Source: Dimorphilus gyrociliatus (lineage: Eukaryota; Animalia; Annelida). Taken from it: a stretch of 64,000 nucleotides of DNA. Below the pieces are notes generated by a model. That model ran no database searches. It saw only the letters and a program-made list of their open reading frames with translations, and was not told where the DNA came from. The translations under genes were made by a program, and so were the position numbers. This document shows, piece by piece, positions 38,101-49,912 of the stretch. The first letter of the stretch is position 1. Every line of letters starts with the position of its first letter. Where the stretch lies: contig CAJFCJ010000006.1 in NCBI GenBank assembly GCA_904063045.1, positions 3,240,408 through 3,304,407 of the forward strand, given 5' to 3'.

Positions 38101-41100
38101 ATTAATTTGCAACGGTTTTATATAAGAATAATGATTTCTCTTTTTACTAATTATATTTTGAGTAGTGGGTACCAATTGATGTCTAAAATTATAAGATTAA
38201 CGAATTCTACTAATATGGATATTTATATTTTTAATTATATTTATTGACTGCATTTAGTGACGTTATTTCTGCAATAACTGCGTAATATAAATCAGACATT
38301 ACAATTAATCTAGCTTTTTAACAAGTGACATTTATAATCATTTTTTATTTATGTAAAATTACTTTCCTAAGCCTCTCCGTCTATTCTGCGAACAATGGTT
38401 GAGAGACATTCTGATTATACATATTCTGAAAAGCTTCGCATAAGTGTTGGAACTTGGAATGTGAACGGTGGTAAACATTTTAGATCTATTGCTCACAAGC
38501 ATGAATCTATAACTGACTGGCTATTAGATCTACCAAAGTTAACTCGTGAAAGTAGACCAGGTATGCTAAGTACCAGGCACTATCTGATATAACTACCTTA
38601 ATTAAAAAAAATAGAAAGATAAGTTTGTCAATATAAAAATATTGCGCTTTTATAGAACTTCTACGAAACAATATAAACTATGATAGACCTGTTGACATTT
38701 ATGCGATTGGCTTTCAAGAAATTATTGATTTAAATGCAAGTAATATTATGAATGCAAGGTAATGAATGTCTACTGCTTTCTTTATTAAACCTGTTTTTTA
38801 TATTATATATTACGAAAAGTAAAAATAATCTAATTATCTTATTCTAGCACAACAAATCAAAGAGAATGGGGAAAGTATCTTCAAGATATTATTTCAAGAG
38901 ATCACAAATACGTTCTTCTGACATCTATACAATTAGTCGGAGTTTGCCTATATATATTCATTAGACCTAAGCATGCTCCTTTTATCCGGTAATTAATTTC
39001 TTTTACATGAAACAAAAATTAATTATAAAGAGGAAATCTTTCTTTAGTGACGTCGGTGTAGACTCAGTTAAAACTGGTTTAGGAGGAGCCGCTGGCAACA
39101 AAGGAGGAGTTGCAATACGCTTTGTGATGCATCATAATTCCTTTGTTTTTGTTTGTTCACATTTAAGTGCAGGACAATCTCATATGCAAGCTAGAAACCA
39201 AGAATTTCATGAGATTGCCCAGAAACTACATTTTCCAATGGTAAATTTCAATTTACAATATTTCTTTATATTTTTTGCTTACAAAAGAAAGAGTACCATT
39301 TGTTTAAAAAGAAAGTCATATACGTGACATGGAAATTTTAGACTTCCCTCGGGTTTTAATCTGATTGGGAACTGATATACCAGACTATGACTAAGTTAAC
39401 CAGAAACAAGGTTCAATGATCAAGATAAATCGATCTTACAATGAGAATCTGTACAAAAAAATGAACAAGATTTATTTATCGAAGTAGCGTTAATGATCTA
39501 TATGTTCTTTCCAATTGATTTATTTTAATGCAATTTTCTAAAATAAGATGTGCTACGTGTGCTATTGAAGCAATGAGGCAGATAGCGACTGTTGTATAAT
39601 AATTATCCATTATCTCTGTTATTAAAGCCAGTTTTTGTTTATATCTTTTCAGGAACTCTGTAGAGTAAGTGCTGTCGTATAAAAAGATATTGTGCATGCC
39701 ACAGTTCTATGTAGTTTATATTTTTCTACTCACTTTAACTTTTTAGCATGTTAGTTGTAGACTCACTGAGAACGTATATTGCTATTCAAAGAAGTTTGAA
39801 TAACAAGCTAGTAGTGTCGAATTGTAGAACAAGCACAATATAAAGAAAGATGTCACACTTATAGTCTGAGTTTATGAGAGATTTGTGCTCCTTCTAACGA
39901 ATTATATTTTTTGTTATTCTAACAGGGTAGAACCATTAGCTCTCACGATTACATAATATGGTGTGGAGATTTAAATTATAGAATTGATATGCCAAATAGT
40001 GAAGTAAGGGAGGCGATAAAACATGGTGAATACGAAACATTAATGGCAGAAGATCAATTACTCAAACAAAGAAACCTGGGAAGCGTTTTCAAGGGGTTCT
40101 TAGAATTTCCTACAAACTTTGCTCCGACTTACAAATATGATTTATTCTGTAATGATTATGACACCAGTGAAAAAAATCGCATTCCTGCCTGGACCGATCG
40201 TATACTCATTCGAAAAAAACCATGGCCTAAATACATTGGTAAATAGTCTGGATTTTTTTTTATCTTACATTAAAGTTACCGTTTATTTTACAAAGGTGAG
40301 GAATCAGCTGAGCCAAATGAGGGAATCACACAAATGCTTTATAATCGAGCTGAGTTAAAGACGTCTGATCATAGACCAGTGTTGGCTCTCTACGATGTTG
40401 AACTTATCCGTGTGAATAGTGAGAGACGTTTTGACGTCTATGATGAAGTAATATCCCTTCAAGGACCATCGGATGCAACTGTGGTGGTTTTTTATTCGGA
40501 CAATGCTGGAATGGATGATGAAAGCTTCCAAAATATAATACAAGTTATTGGGGCTTCTGGTAATATTATTTTAGTGCGATTCGTGGAACAGAGTACCCTT
40601 ATAACTTTTTCATCGGGTAAAGAAGCCTTGGAAGCTGTCAAAAGTGACGGTTTAAGTATAGGTGGTAGAGAAATGCGTGTAACCTTGAAAACAGGCGATT
40701 GGAAGCAGATTTTACAGAGAGAAATGAAATTAGCAGATATTTGTGATGAACCTGTTGCTGATGAAGCTGAAGAAGTCGAAGATGATGTTCCAGAGTTGAG
40801 CAGTTCTACTGATCGTCGCTCTAAATTTATCAAGAGGTTATCTTTATTAAGAGAAGATTCCAACTTCCCAACTATGTCCTTTGATGTTGACGGTAATATT
40901 TAATTTTTTCTATATTATCTAATTTACAGTGTCTATCAGTCCATTAGTCTAAAAACAGTAATTTAAAGTACATAAAAGATAACAGTTTTCTAACTTATTT
41001 AACTCAAATATTTTATAGTAAATGAAAATCTTATAGACCTCAAATCTCCAAGTAAGAATCATTTAGCTTCTGACAAATCGCTGTTTATCTAACAAATCTC

Positions 41101-42195
41101 CCGCTTCAAAAAATCGTTCACTATTTTACAGTCAGCTTTACTGACCTTTTAAAATTCTCCTGCTATACAAATTTGAAGTTGAAATCAGAATTTCTCAAGA
41201 GTTGGCAGCAATCATGTGAACGGTTTAACACGAATAGAATATAAGTCGGCGAAAATTGATTTGCATAATTTTTTTTTTTACTCCACGATCATTTGGGCGC
41301 TTTGATTTCATTTTCATTGATTTTGAAATTTCATTTTTCAACTTAATGAGTTATCTATTAAATTCTTTATTCAAGTACTATTTAAAAAATTTAACAAATT
41401 TATTTGTTTTTTGATTTAAGGAGTCAAAATTTTATAATTAATATTTACAATAGATGAAGACGAAGAAGCAGTAACAGGAAAATCTAAATCCCGTGAGCCT
41501 AGTCCAAGGCCAGAAGACAACGAAAATCGCCAGAGTTCTGTAAAAGTATGTATTTACTTTTCAAAGAAAACTGATTGGACTAGAAGTAATTTTATTTCCT
41601 TCAGAAACCGGATAAACCGAAGCCTCCGGAGCGACCGGCTGCACCTCCTGCCAGGCCACCTCCCCCTGCTCCAAATCGTCCTGCTCCACCAGTAAATCGA
41701 CCTACATCAGTTCTAATGAGGAATCATCCTACTGGATCAAAGCAGACCATGCAGGTATGATTTCGAGTTATCTAGACATGAGCTATTATTGATATTGTAA
41801 ATTTAAAGGCAAGTCGAATAAGTCAACCTGTTGATGTCGTTCATCGTCATGCTTCTAATCCAGCTGAAATGAAAGAACTTATAAACAGCTTGATGAGTCC
41901 TACAAGTCCGACATCAGCAAATCTCCCAGCTCCAATGCAACCCCAGAAACCATCTCCGCCAGCAACCGATAAATCGACACCAACGACTCCGCCTAAACCA
42001 GCTCCACGATCGGCTAGCTCAAATTCCTTAAGTGAAAAGGCGACTCCAGCTGTTCCACCAAGAAGAGATGTACCTCCTGTCGCGGCACCTAGAAATTCTA
42101 TGTCCCCTGAGGATAGTTCTAATAAAACTGTTCCTCCTGTTCCTGCTAGACCTAATGCACCGCCAGCAGTTCCACCAAGGAACTTTCAAAGTTAG
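35112..42195 (+). CDS. SYNJ1: Synaptojanin (Sac1 domain, inositol 5-phosphatase, RRM-like domain, proline-rich tail)
   Basis: [99 protein letters not shown], and a Pro-rich C-terminus. Confidence 0.96.
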
Positions 42196-42809
42196 AATTC
42201 CATGTTGTGCCATTGAGATAATTAGTAACATTCCATTGCAATAACAGTGTCATATTAAACGGATAAATCAACTTCATGTAAACGCCTGGGCATAGATCAG
42301 AATATAGAAGTATTCAATAGTATGTTTTTACTCAAAGTAGGATTTAACTGACAAAAATTCTATTTATGCTCAGGTAGCTTGCATCCGAATAGTAAATTCG
42401 TACAAAGTGTTAGAAAGTTGATCTATTTCTCTTAGTTGTGCGAATTCTTTATTTTCTAGTCGGATAATGTTCTAGCTAATTATCACAAGAAAAATGTTTA
42501 GAAACTTGCAAAATGTTTAAATAAGGTTGGAAAAGGAAATAAACAATTTTTTTCCAAATAAAGTCGTTACGTAAGTGGTGATATTGTATTTTCCGTCACG
42601 TGACTGAGTTATAAATAACATATAATATTAAATCAATTACTTGAAATTAAATCAAACCATCTTGGAGTAAGAAAGGGTAATCTCATGCAAAAGATATACT
42701 TCACCAGTTGACGGTGAAGTGAGCGATATTTCATTAATATACAATGCCACGAATTCAGGCCTAATTCTTGTTTAGTAAAAAACAGACCACGTCTCTCTGA
42801 TCTGGAGAA

Positions 42810-45229
42810 ATGTTAAAAACAGTCTTCTCAATTCGAACTCATATTGTGAGATCTTCAGATAGAATTTGTAGAAGACGTTTTTCAGCCCATTTTAAGGAAC
42901 AGAATGCATATAATTTGGCTATAAATGATGAACAAAAGGAAAAGTAAGATGTGTTTTTGTTATCAGACACTAAAAATAAGGTATATTTAGTAAAAATGAA
43001 CAATATAAATAACATAACAACCGAAGGACATTATTAATATAACTTTAGAAATTGTTCATTTTATGAACGACTAAATGACTAAACGCTTTTAAGGATACGC
43101 TTATTTCAAAGAATTTATATAAAGAATAAAGCTATACAAGTAATTTTAATCTTTAATATTTCTCAATGAAATAGTCACCGTGTATATAAATATAAATAGT
43201 AATGTGTCCTCAATTGATAATAGTAAAAAAGATCAAAACTAAATTGAATAAACAATTAAATTCATTGCTGAATACACTAAATATAATGTGTACGCAGAAC
43301 AATTTATTGAACACTATTCCAAAAATTAGATCAAATGCTTTATTTAATCCATTGTGTACTGTTTCCCGAACTTTTGTATTTAAAAAACTTGGTTGGTAAA
43401 ATAGAAAATAGCAGTTACGAAAACATTTTGCTCGGAATAAAAACCTGTTTGTCTTAAGTGGAATATAGCTTGTTTTTAAATAATCTATCAATCTAAACAG
43501 ATTAGTTAATAGCTATAAATCAATTGAGGATCAACTGTTCGAAGCCCTGAAAAATGAAAATAATACTATTTCAATACGAAAATTTATTTCAGTAAGTTAT
43601 AATTAAATTAAATTAATTAATTAATCATATATTTTTTTAATTATTAATTAATTAATCTCTTTTTTATAGGCTTTAGAGTCGGCTGGACTTAAAGATGATG
43701 ATCCAAGATTGAAAGAGTGTTTCAAGAAAATATCTGAGTTACAATCTTCAACAAATCCTAAGAAGAGACAATTGTTAAAAAATGGTCTGACAAAGGAGGC
43801 TTTTACAGAATGTGTTAAAGAAAATATCATGTTAATTAGAAGGGTATTTGCAAGTGAACTGGTTATTCCAGAATTTTCTGAATTTATTGATAATGTGGAG
43901 GAAATATATTATAACACAAGAGCTATACGACAAGGAAAGGTTTCAGACTATATACCTCAATTAAAAAAAGTTGATCCCAATATTTGGGGCGTCTCTTTAT
44001 GTACAACTGATGGGCAGAGACACTCTATTGGAGATGCTAAACAGCCATTTTGTTTACAAGCAATAAGTAAACCTCTGAATTATGCAATTGCATTAAACGA
44101 CGTGGGACCTGAAAAAGTCCATCGTTATATTGGTCACGAACCGAGCGGTGAAAGCTCCAATGAAATAAAACTAGGTATAAACAATAAACCTCACAATCCA
44201 ATGATAAATGCTGGTGCCATAGTAAATGTGTCTCTCTTAAAAACTAACATGAGCATCGCTGGAAGATTTGATTACATTACTCAAGAATATAAGAGATTAT
44301 CGGGGAATGGATTTCTAAGCTTTAATAATCCCTCGTTAGTATAGGAGATTTTGAGTGTAAGAGAATATAAAATACATTTATAATGTTCATTTAACAGATT
44401 TCTGTCGGAAAGAGAAACGTCGTATAGAAATTACGCTCTCGGCCATTATCTTAGGGAAAATAAATGTTTCCCCGAGAATATAAATCTCAGTGAAACTCTT
44501 GACTTATACTTTCAGCTTTGTTCCTCTGAAGTAACCTGTGAAAGTGCGTCCATCATTGCCGCTACTTTAGCAAATGCTGGAATTTGTCCTATTACCGGAG
44601 ATAAAATTTTGAGTACAGTCTCAGTTCAAAATACTCTTTCATTAATGCATTCCTGTGGTATGTATGACTACAGTGGACAATGGGCCTTTCATATTGGGCT
44701 TCCTGCCAAAGCTAGTATAGCTGGAGCAATTCTTATTGTTGTCCCTAATGTGATGGGCATAGCTCTATTGTCTCCACGGCTAGATTGCCATGGAAATAGC
44801 GTAAGAGGAGTTGAGTTCTCGAAAGAACTCATAAAGCTTTTTAATTTCCACAACTATGACAGTCTCAACCAAATTGACAGGAAAGCGAATCCTAGAAGAC
44901 ATCATCACGAAAGAAAAGGTCAGCAGACAGTAACCCTACTTTTTGGATCTTATAAAGGAGATGTATCAGCATTAACAAGGCAATATCTATTAGATATAGA
45001 CATGAATCAAGCTGATTACGATGGAAGAACTGCTTTACACATTGCTGCTGCAGAGGGTCATATTGAATGCGTTGAATTTCTAGTTAACATTTGTAAAGTT
45101 GATCTGATGCCCAAAGACAGATGGGGATTTACACCTCTCGATGATGCTATAAAATTCAAGAAATCTGAAGTTAGGAATTTTTTAGAAGCGAAATGTGAAG
45201 AATTAAATTACAGTTTTAGCAATAAGTGA
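42810..45229 (+). CDS. GLS: Glutaminase (GLS-type) homolog with mitochondrial presequence and C-terminal ankyrin repeats; catalytic Ser substituted
   Basis: Exon 1 42810-42943 reads [26 protein letters not shown] (presequence-like). Motifs [41 protein letters not shown] and [16 protein letters not shown]. The nucleophile motif reads QAISK. Confidence 0.9.
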
Positions 45230-45539
45230 AAGATGACCGTTGTTGAATTTAAAAATTAACTATTAGAAGAAAAACTTACAAATAATCTCATAGAAGTTAT
45301 TTTTTTGCTTCTTTCACCTTGTGCCATTTGTTCTGTTTTAAAATGTTTATGAATCTATTTTCTTTGTTATCCTGCTTAAATAATAAAAAGTAGCAATAAA
45401 AACAAATAAAAAAATGAATAAGTTAATGATGGCGGTCGGGATAAACTGGTATTGTTCATCTGGTAGATGGCAGCATTCAAAGTATACCTTTCTGGGCTGG
45501 AACAAAAGTGCTACATTAAAGGAAAGAGTTTCTCTTACA

Positions 45540-46507
45540 ATGTCTGATAGTGACGTAAGAGCTCATCAGAGAGCTGCACGAAGGAAGAAAATTCTCTCAA
45601 ATCCAAAAAGCAGACTTGAAAGAATTGCTAAACCAGGTAATTTCCTAAGAGAACGAGAACATGCTGTAATTTTTTTTATCAGCTTTATTTAGTCTTTTAA
45701 AATCATATCAGTTTCTTTAATTTTTACTAAAGATTTAAAGCCAAATGACTTAACTAACTTGGATGAGGAAGATCTATCATACAAGTTTGGAGAACTTGAG
45801 AATAACGATCCATCCGAGAGTGAGAAGCTACCTCCCTCCACTGCTGAAGAACCGGTTGAAACAGAAAGAGATCAATTTTTATCTTCTCCCATAAGTTCGT
45901 GTATTATTTCATAGCTCTTTTACCTTTTCTAAGAGTATAGATCAAATTATTCCTATTATTTTTAACGCGAAATAAATGCTCTTAACGAAACTTTTTCATT
46001 CTCTTCCTTTAGATGAGCCACTTGTACCAGAAAAATTCGTTAAAGTTGATCATAACGAGGGAATCTATAGGAATTTTGCTATTTTAGTGATTTTAGGAAT
46101 CATTACACGAATACTTTTTTGCACTGGTTTTGGAAATTGCGTTCTTAAGGTGAAATCAGTTTTAATTCTTTCTTAAATCTTATTTATTGAATAAATTTTT
46201 CTATCTAGAATATTTGGGTTCCTTTTATACTAATGCAAATAGCGAAGTATAACTTGAAACGAAAAGAAAAGGTAAATAAATTGTACAACACTTTAAATCA
46301 AAATAAAAACATTCATTTGTTCTTTTTAAGAATGAGCCAGCTGCGGAGAAAGCTTCAGTCTTGGTAGCAGCTTTAATATTGTCTGGTGTAAAGGCTGGAT
46401 GGATAGAAAAATATAAATCGATTTTTACTGTGCTTTCTACTTTAATGAAAGATTTGATTATTTATTTTTTCAGCTTTTGCGTAACACATATAGTGATAAG
46501 TACATAA
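45540..46507 (+). CDS. CAMLG: CAML / GET2 (guided entry of tail-anchored proteins factor)
   Basis: N-terminal QRAARRKKILSNPKSRLERI, three C-terminal TM segments, AALILSG and C-terminal DLIIYFFSF, as recalled for CAML. Confidence 0.8.
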
Positions 46508-46593
46508 AAAAACAATATCATTCATTTAACAATGATTTATATAATTCATTCTATCATTAATTTATAAAATAACTATAATATTAAGAGTTTACT

Positions 46594-48207
46594 TTAAAGA
46601 AGATTGCAAAATGAACTCTTGGATTTTGGCTTCTCTACCACAGCTGGCTTTTCCGGCTCAGGAAGTCCTTTTTTTATCATTACGGCATCTTTGTAATAGA
46701 GTATTGAAGCTCCAATATTGTGTTCTTCGTTGCTTTGATTAGGAGCGATAACATTAACTATAAATTTATAATCATCCTCTGTTTTATTTCTAAAGTCAAC
46801 GAAGTCGATGACTTTTGAATTGATATTGCGCCATATTTCTTTGTACCAAGCATCTTTTTGATAATTATCTAAATTTAACAGCTCCGAATTGTCTGGTTCG
46901 AATAAGAATTTATCCATCATATTTAATATATCATCTCCATCATATTCAATTCTTAATTCAAGGCAGACAACCTTGTTTGAACGAATTAAAATATTAGCTA
47001 ATTCACCATGTGTAGTCCTAAAACTTTCTTCGTCATCGGAACTTAGTCGTTCAGCAAAACCCTTTAAGATTGCCACCTCGTCGCGATACTCATTTATCCA
47101 TTTTTCTAGGACATCCTCCAAAAATGGACTTTTATTGTGATCCTCTACAATCTTTTCCAAGTCAGAATTATTGTTCGATCGTCTACTGAGGGGCACAATT
47201 TGTTTACATAGATTGATAAGATCGTCCTTATACTTTTTTACATTTTGTTTGAATTTTCTCAATCTACGATACATGTGCTCAAAATTTTGCGAAATCTCAT
47301 CTTCAAAGATTTCGTCTATGACAGATAAGCAACTGTCTAAGTATGATATCACATTTTCAAGAAAGGTTGTAAAAGCTTCTATATTTAATTTAGGAGCTTC
47401 ATTTCGCAGCTTTGCTGGTAGTGCATCGCCGCTCAAAAACGTTAGAGGAAGTAGATAAACTTCTTGAGGGACAGCTTTCACCTTATTCTCGCCTTCTAAG
47501 AAACTTGGTAAACTCCTGTAAAATTCAATTGCCTCCTCGAATGTTGTTGGATTTGATTCTAGCTGGCAATCGCAGAAAACTTTACATTTGACTTTAGAAA
47601 TTTCGTCAGAGTCTTCAGTCTTCGCCGAACTGCCAACTTTTGCTTTACCGCTATTAGTAAAAGTGTCAATTTCGGCTTTCAATTTACCTTTTATCTCATC
47701 CGTTTCCGATTTACCTGTTGTTTCTTGTTCAAAAACAATAAAAGCTTTCATGCCATAAGTTATACCAACAACAACGTGAGTTGCATAATCTATGTCTAAG
47801 TTTTCCGATCTTTCGATATTTTCAGGACTAGTATGATCTAATAATTGATCAAATCTTGTCGTACTTTTATAACGTAGTGTAACTCTTGCAACTTTTTCGG
47901 ACGTTTGCGTTTCATTCATGTATTTAGCAAACCCGCCAATTTCAGCTAAGCCTAGCATTAGAGATAGTTTCAACTGACCTTTAGCCTCAAGAGCCTCAAT
48001 TTTATTCTGAAAAGAATTCTCCACTTGAACATCAAAATCAGTGTAGGGATGCTCGTTAGTATCAATATCTGAATCAAGTTTCTCTCTCGACCATAGAGTC
48101 AAGCCAGGGACGATAGTATCACTATAAGCATTGTATAGCATACCCAGTTGAAAAGGGCGACCTAAAGCCTGAATAACTTCTGTTCCTTCAATATTACTAT
48201 TCTCCAT
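46594..48207 (-). CDS. Stonustoxin/verrucotoxin-like protein (MACPF/CDC-like N-terminal domain), intronless, ending in CaaX
   Basis: QALGRPFQLGMLY..TIVPGLTLW, ATHVVVGITYG.KAFIVF, CKVFCD, PTTFEEAIEFYRSLP, VPQEVYLLPL and SPF...LEKWI. The C-terminus is KPKSKSSFCNLL*. Confidence 0.85.
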   Translation of the reverse strand: MENSNIEGTEVIQALGRPFQLGMLYNAYSDTIVPGLTLWSREKLDSDIDTNEHPYTDFDVQVENSFQNKIEALEAKGQLKLSLMLGLAEIGGFAKYMNETQTSEKVARVTLRYKSTTRFDQLLDHTSPENIERSENLDIDYATHVVVGITYGMKAFIVFEQETTGKSETDEIKGKLKAEIDTFTNSGKAKVGSSAKTEDSDEISKVKCKVFCDCQLESNPTTFEEAIEFYRSLPSFLEGENKVKAVPQEVYLLPLTFLSGDALPAKLRNEAPKLNIEAFTTFLENVISYLDSCLSVIDEIFEDEISQNFEHMYRRLRKFKQNVKKYKDDLINLCKQIVPLSRRSNNNSDLEKIVEDHNKSPFLEDVLEKWINEYRDEVAILKGFAERLSSDDEESFRTTHGELANILIRSNKVVCLELRIEYDGDDILNMMDKFLFEPDNSELLNLDNYQKDAWYKEIWRNINSKVIDFVDFRNKTEDDYKFIVNVIAPNQSNEEHNIGASILYYKDAVMIKKGLPEPEKPAVVEKPKSKSSFCNLL

Positions 48208-48517
48208 ATCTCGATCGAAAAGTTTTGAATGATGCCTTTATTACCTTTATCAAACAATTTTAATAAATGCGCAGAATATGACCAAGCAAAACCGATTTAA
48301 AAAGTAAATTTGTGTTTATCATAGCAACAGACTATAGCAACTCTTATCTAAGATAAAGATGATAGGAAAAATGATGAACTTTTAGAATTGAAAAAAGTTT
48401 ACTAAGTTATTTTTGATATCTGAACAGTTATGTTTAATTTCAATGAGTGATTTATTATTCAAGAAGATATTAAGCTATTTAGATAACGTCGAATAAAATG
48501 AAAGTTACTGAGAAGGT

Positions 48518-48559
48518 AGAGAGAGACAGAGAGAGAGACAGAGAGAGACAGAGAGAGAG
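48518..48559 (+). repeat. Interrupted (GA)n / GAGAGAGACA microsatellite
   Basis: Directly visible purine-rich repeat. Confidence 0.85.
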
Positions 48560-48776
48560 CGAAAGAGAAGGAGAAAAAAATTCACAAATTAATAAAAATT
48601 AAGGAACTAATTTTGTTAGCTAGAGATTAGATTATATAAGAGTTACTTTCTATAAGTAATTGGAACAAGTATAACGATTACGCAAATCACAAATAAAAAT
48701 CATTGATAGAAGAAAAACGATAAGATAACAAAACTAACTTAAAGACTGCATTGAAAATTTATTGTTTATTATTCGT

Positions 48777-49601
48777 TTATTTTTTTATTTTAATATTAAA
48801 AGTGTAAGTTAAATCTGCAAAATTATGCAAATTTGCTTTAATAACGTTCTTTTTAACCTTAGAATCTACGATATGAATAATATTTTGATTTTGAAATGAT
48901 TTCATGTTTAATCCATCATTTTTTAAGAGTATTTTATCTTCAGAATAAGTCCACGATCCCACTTTAACTGAACAAGAGTAACTTACCAAGGATGTTCTTT
49001 CGCACGGAATCTAAACGGCGATGTATAATATATATAAGTGAATATATTAAAGTATGAAATTTGAAACCTGAATGGTAGATTTTGTTACCCATACCACTGT
49101 TCCATCATGATAGACGGCAGCATTTTCACCCATTTTTGATGGTAAAGTATGTAAACTATTGAAATGGGAAGAGAAATTGAATTTATAATGATTTCTTAAA
49201 TCAAATATACATCTTCATATTATAATTCTATACTCATTCGCAACAACAACATCCGGAATCCACATTCTTTTAACGGGTACTCTCAAGCTAACGCTGCAAA
49301 AATTCCTCCATTTCATGAACGAATTGACCCACTTTCTCGTCTCCCAAACGTGAAGGGTTACTATGTTATTTCCTGTATTTAATGCGCTAATATAAATTGG
49401 AGTTAGTTGATAACCAACTTCAATTGGCGCCGATTCATTAGTTGTTGGCCTTATAAATCTTCCATAACGTTCCAGTCTACCAAAGATTTTCTTCAAGGTA
49501 AAGTGTGTACCCCTGACTCCGTCTGGGCAAGATTTCTGACGAACCCCTTCCACTAGCGAAAGTAAAAGAACGGCTAACAATATCTTCAAATTGGAAATCA
49601 T
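48777..49601 (-). CDS. Soluble acetylcholine-binding-protein-like Cys-loop ligand-binding domain without TM region; 3 exons
   Basis: Signal peptide MISNLKILLAVLLLSLVEG, FIRP, WETRKW, MWIPDVVVAN, VYHDGTVVW, C-x9-C loop then KVGSWTY, and DLTYTFNIKIKK*. Introns 49233 to about 49155 and 49067-49011 are GT-AG. Confidence 0.8.
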
Positions 49602-49912
49602 ATTTTCCTCAGCTTTTCCCAAAAGAAATAATATCTAATCGAAAATCGCATTCTCCGTTTTATATAGTGTAAATAGTTAAACCTCTAATGGAAAACATTT
49701 GTACGTGTTTGTGTTGGCTTAAAGCTGCGAAACATAAACCAAAATTTGTGTAAAAAGGCAACGACTTAACCGTTTATATTTATAAAAACACAAGGACAAT
49801 TATCTGTTTTCTTTTAACAAAAGAAACCCGACAACAGCTACGGAAACTAAATTAAGACCCGCATTTCATTAACGATAACCTGTACAATTGAACAATATAT
49901 CTAAATCACTTA

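Noticed and set aside
37893-38371. Possible 9-, 15- or 24-nt microexons in the synaptojanin intron near where vertebrates have a short insert
   Set aside because: The splice sites are weak, and the 24-nt candidate carries an in-frame stop. None can be supported without reads.
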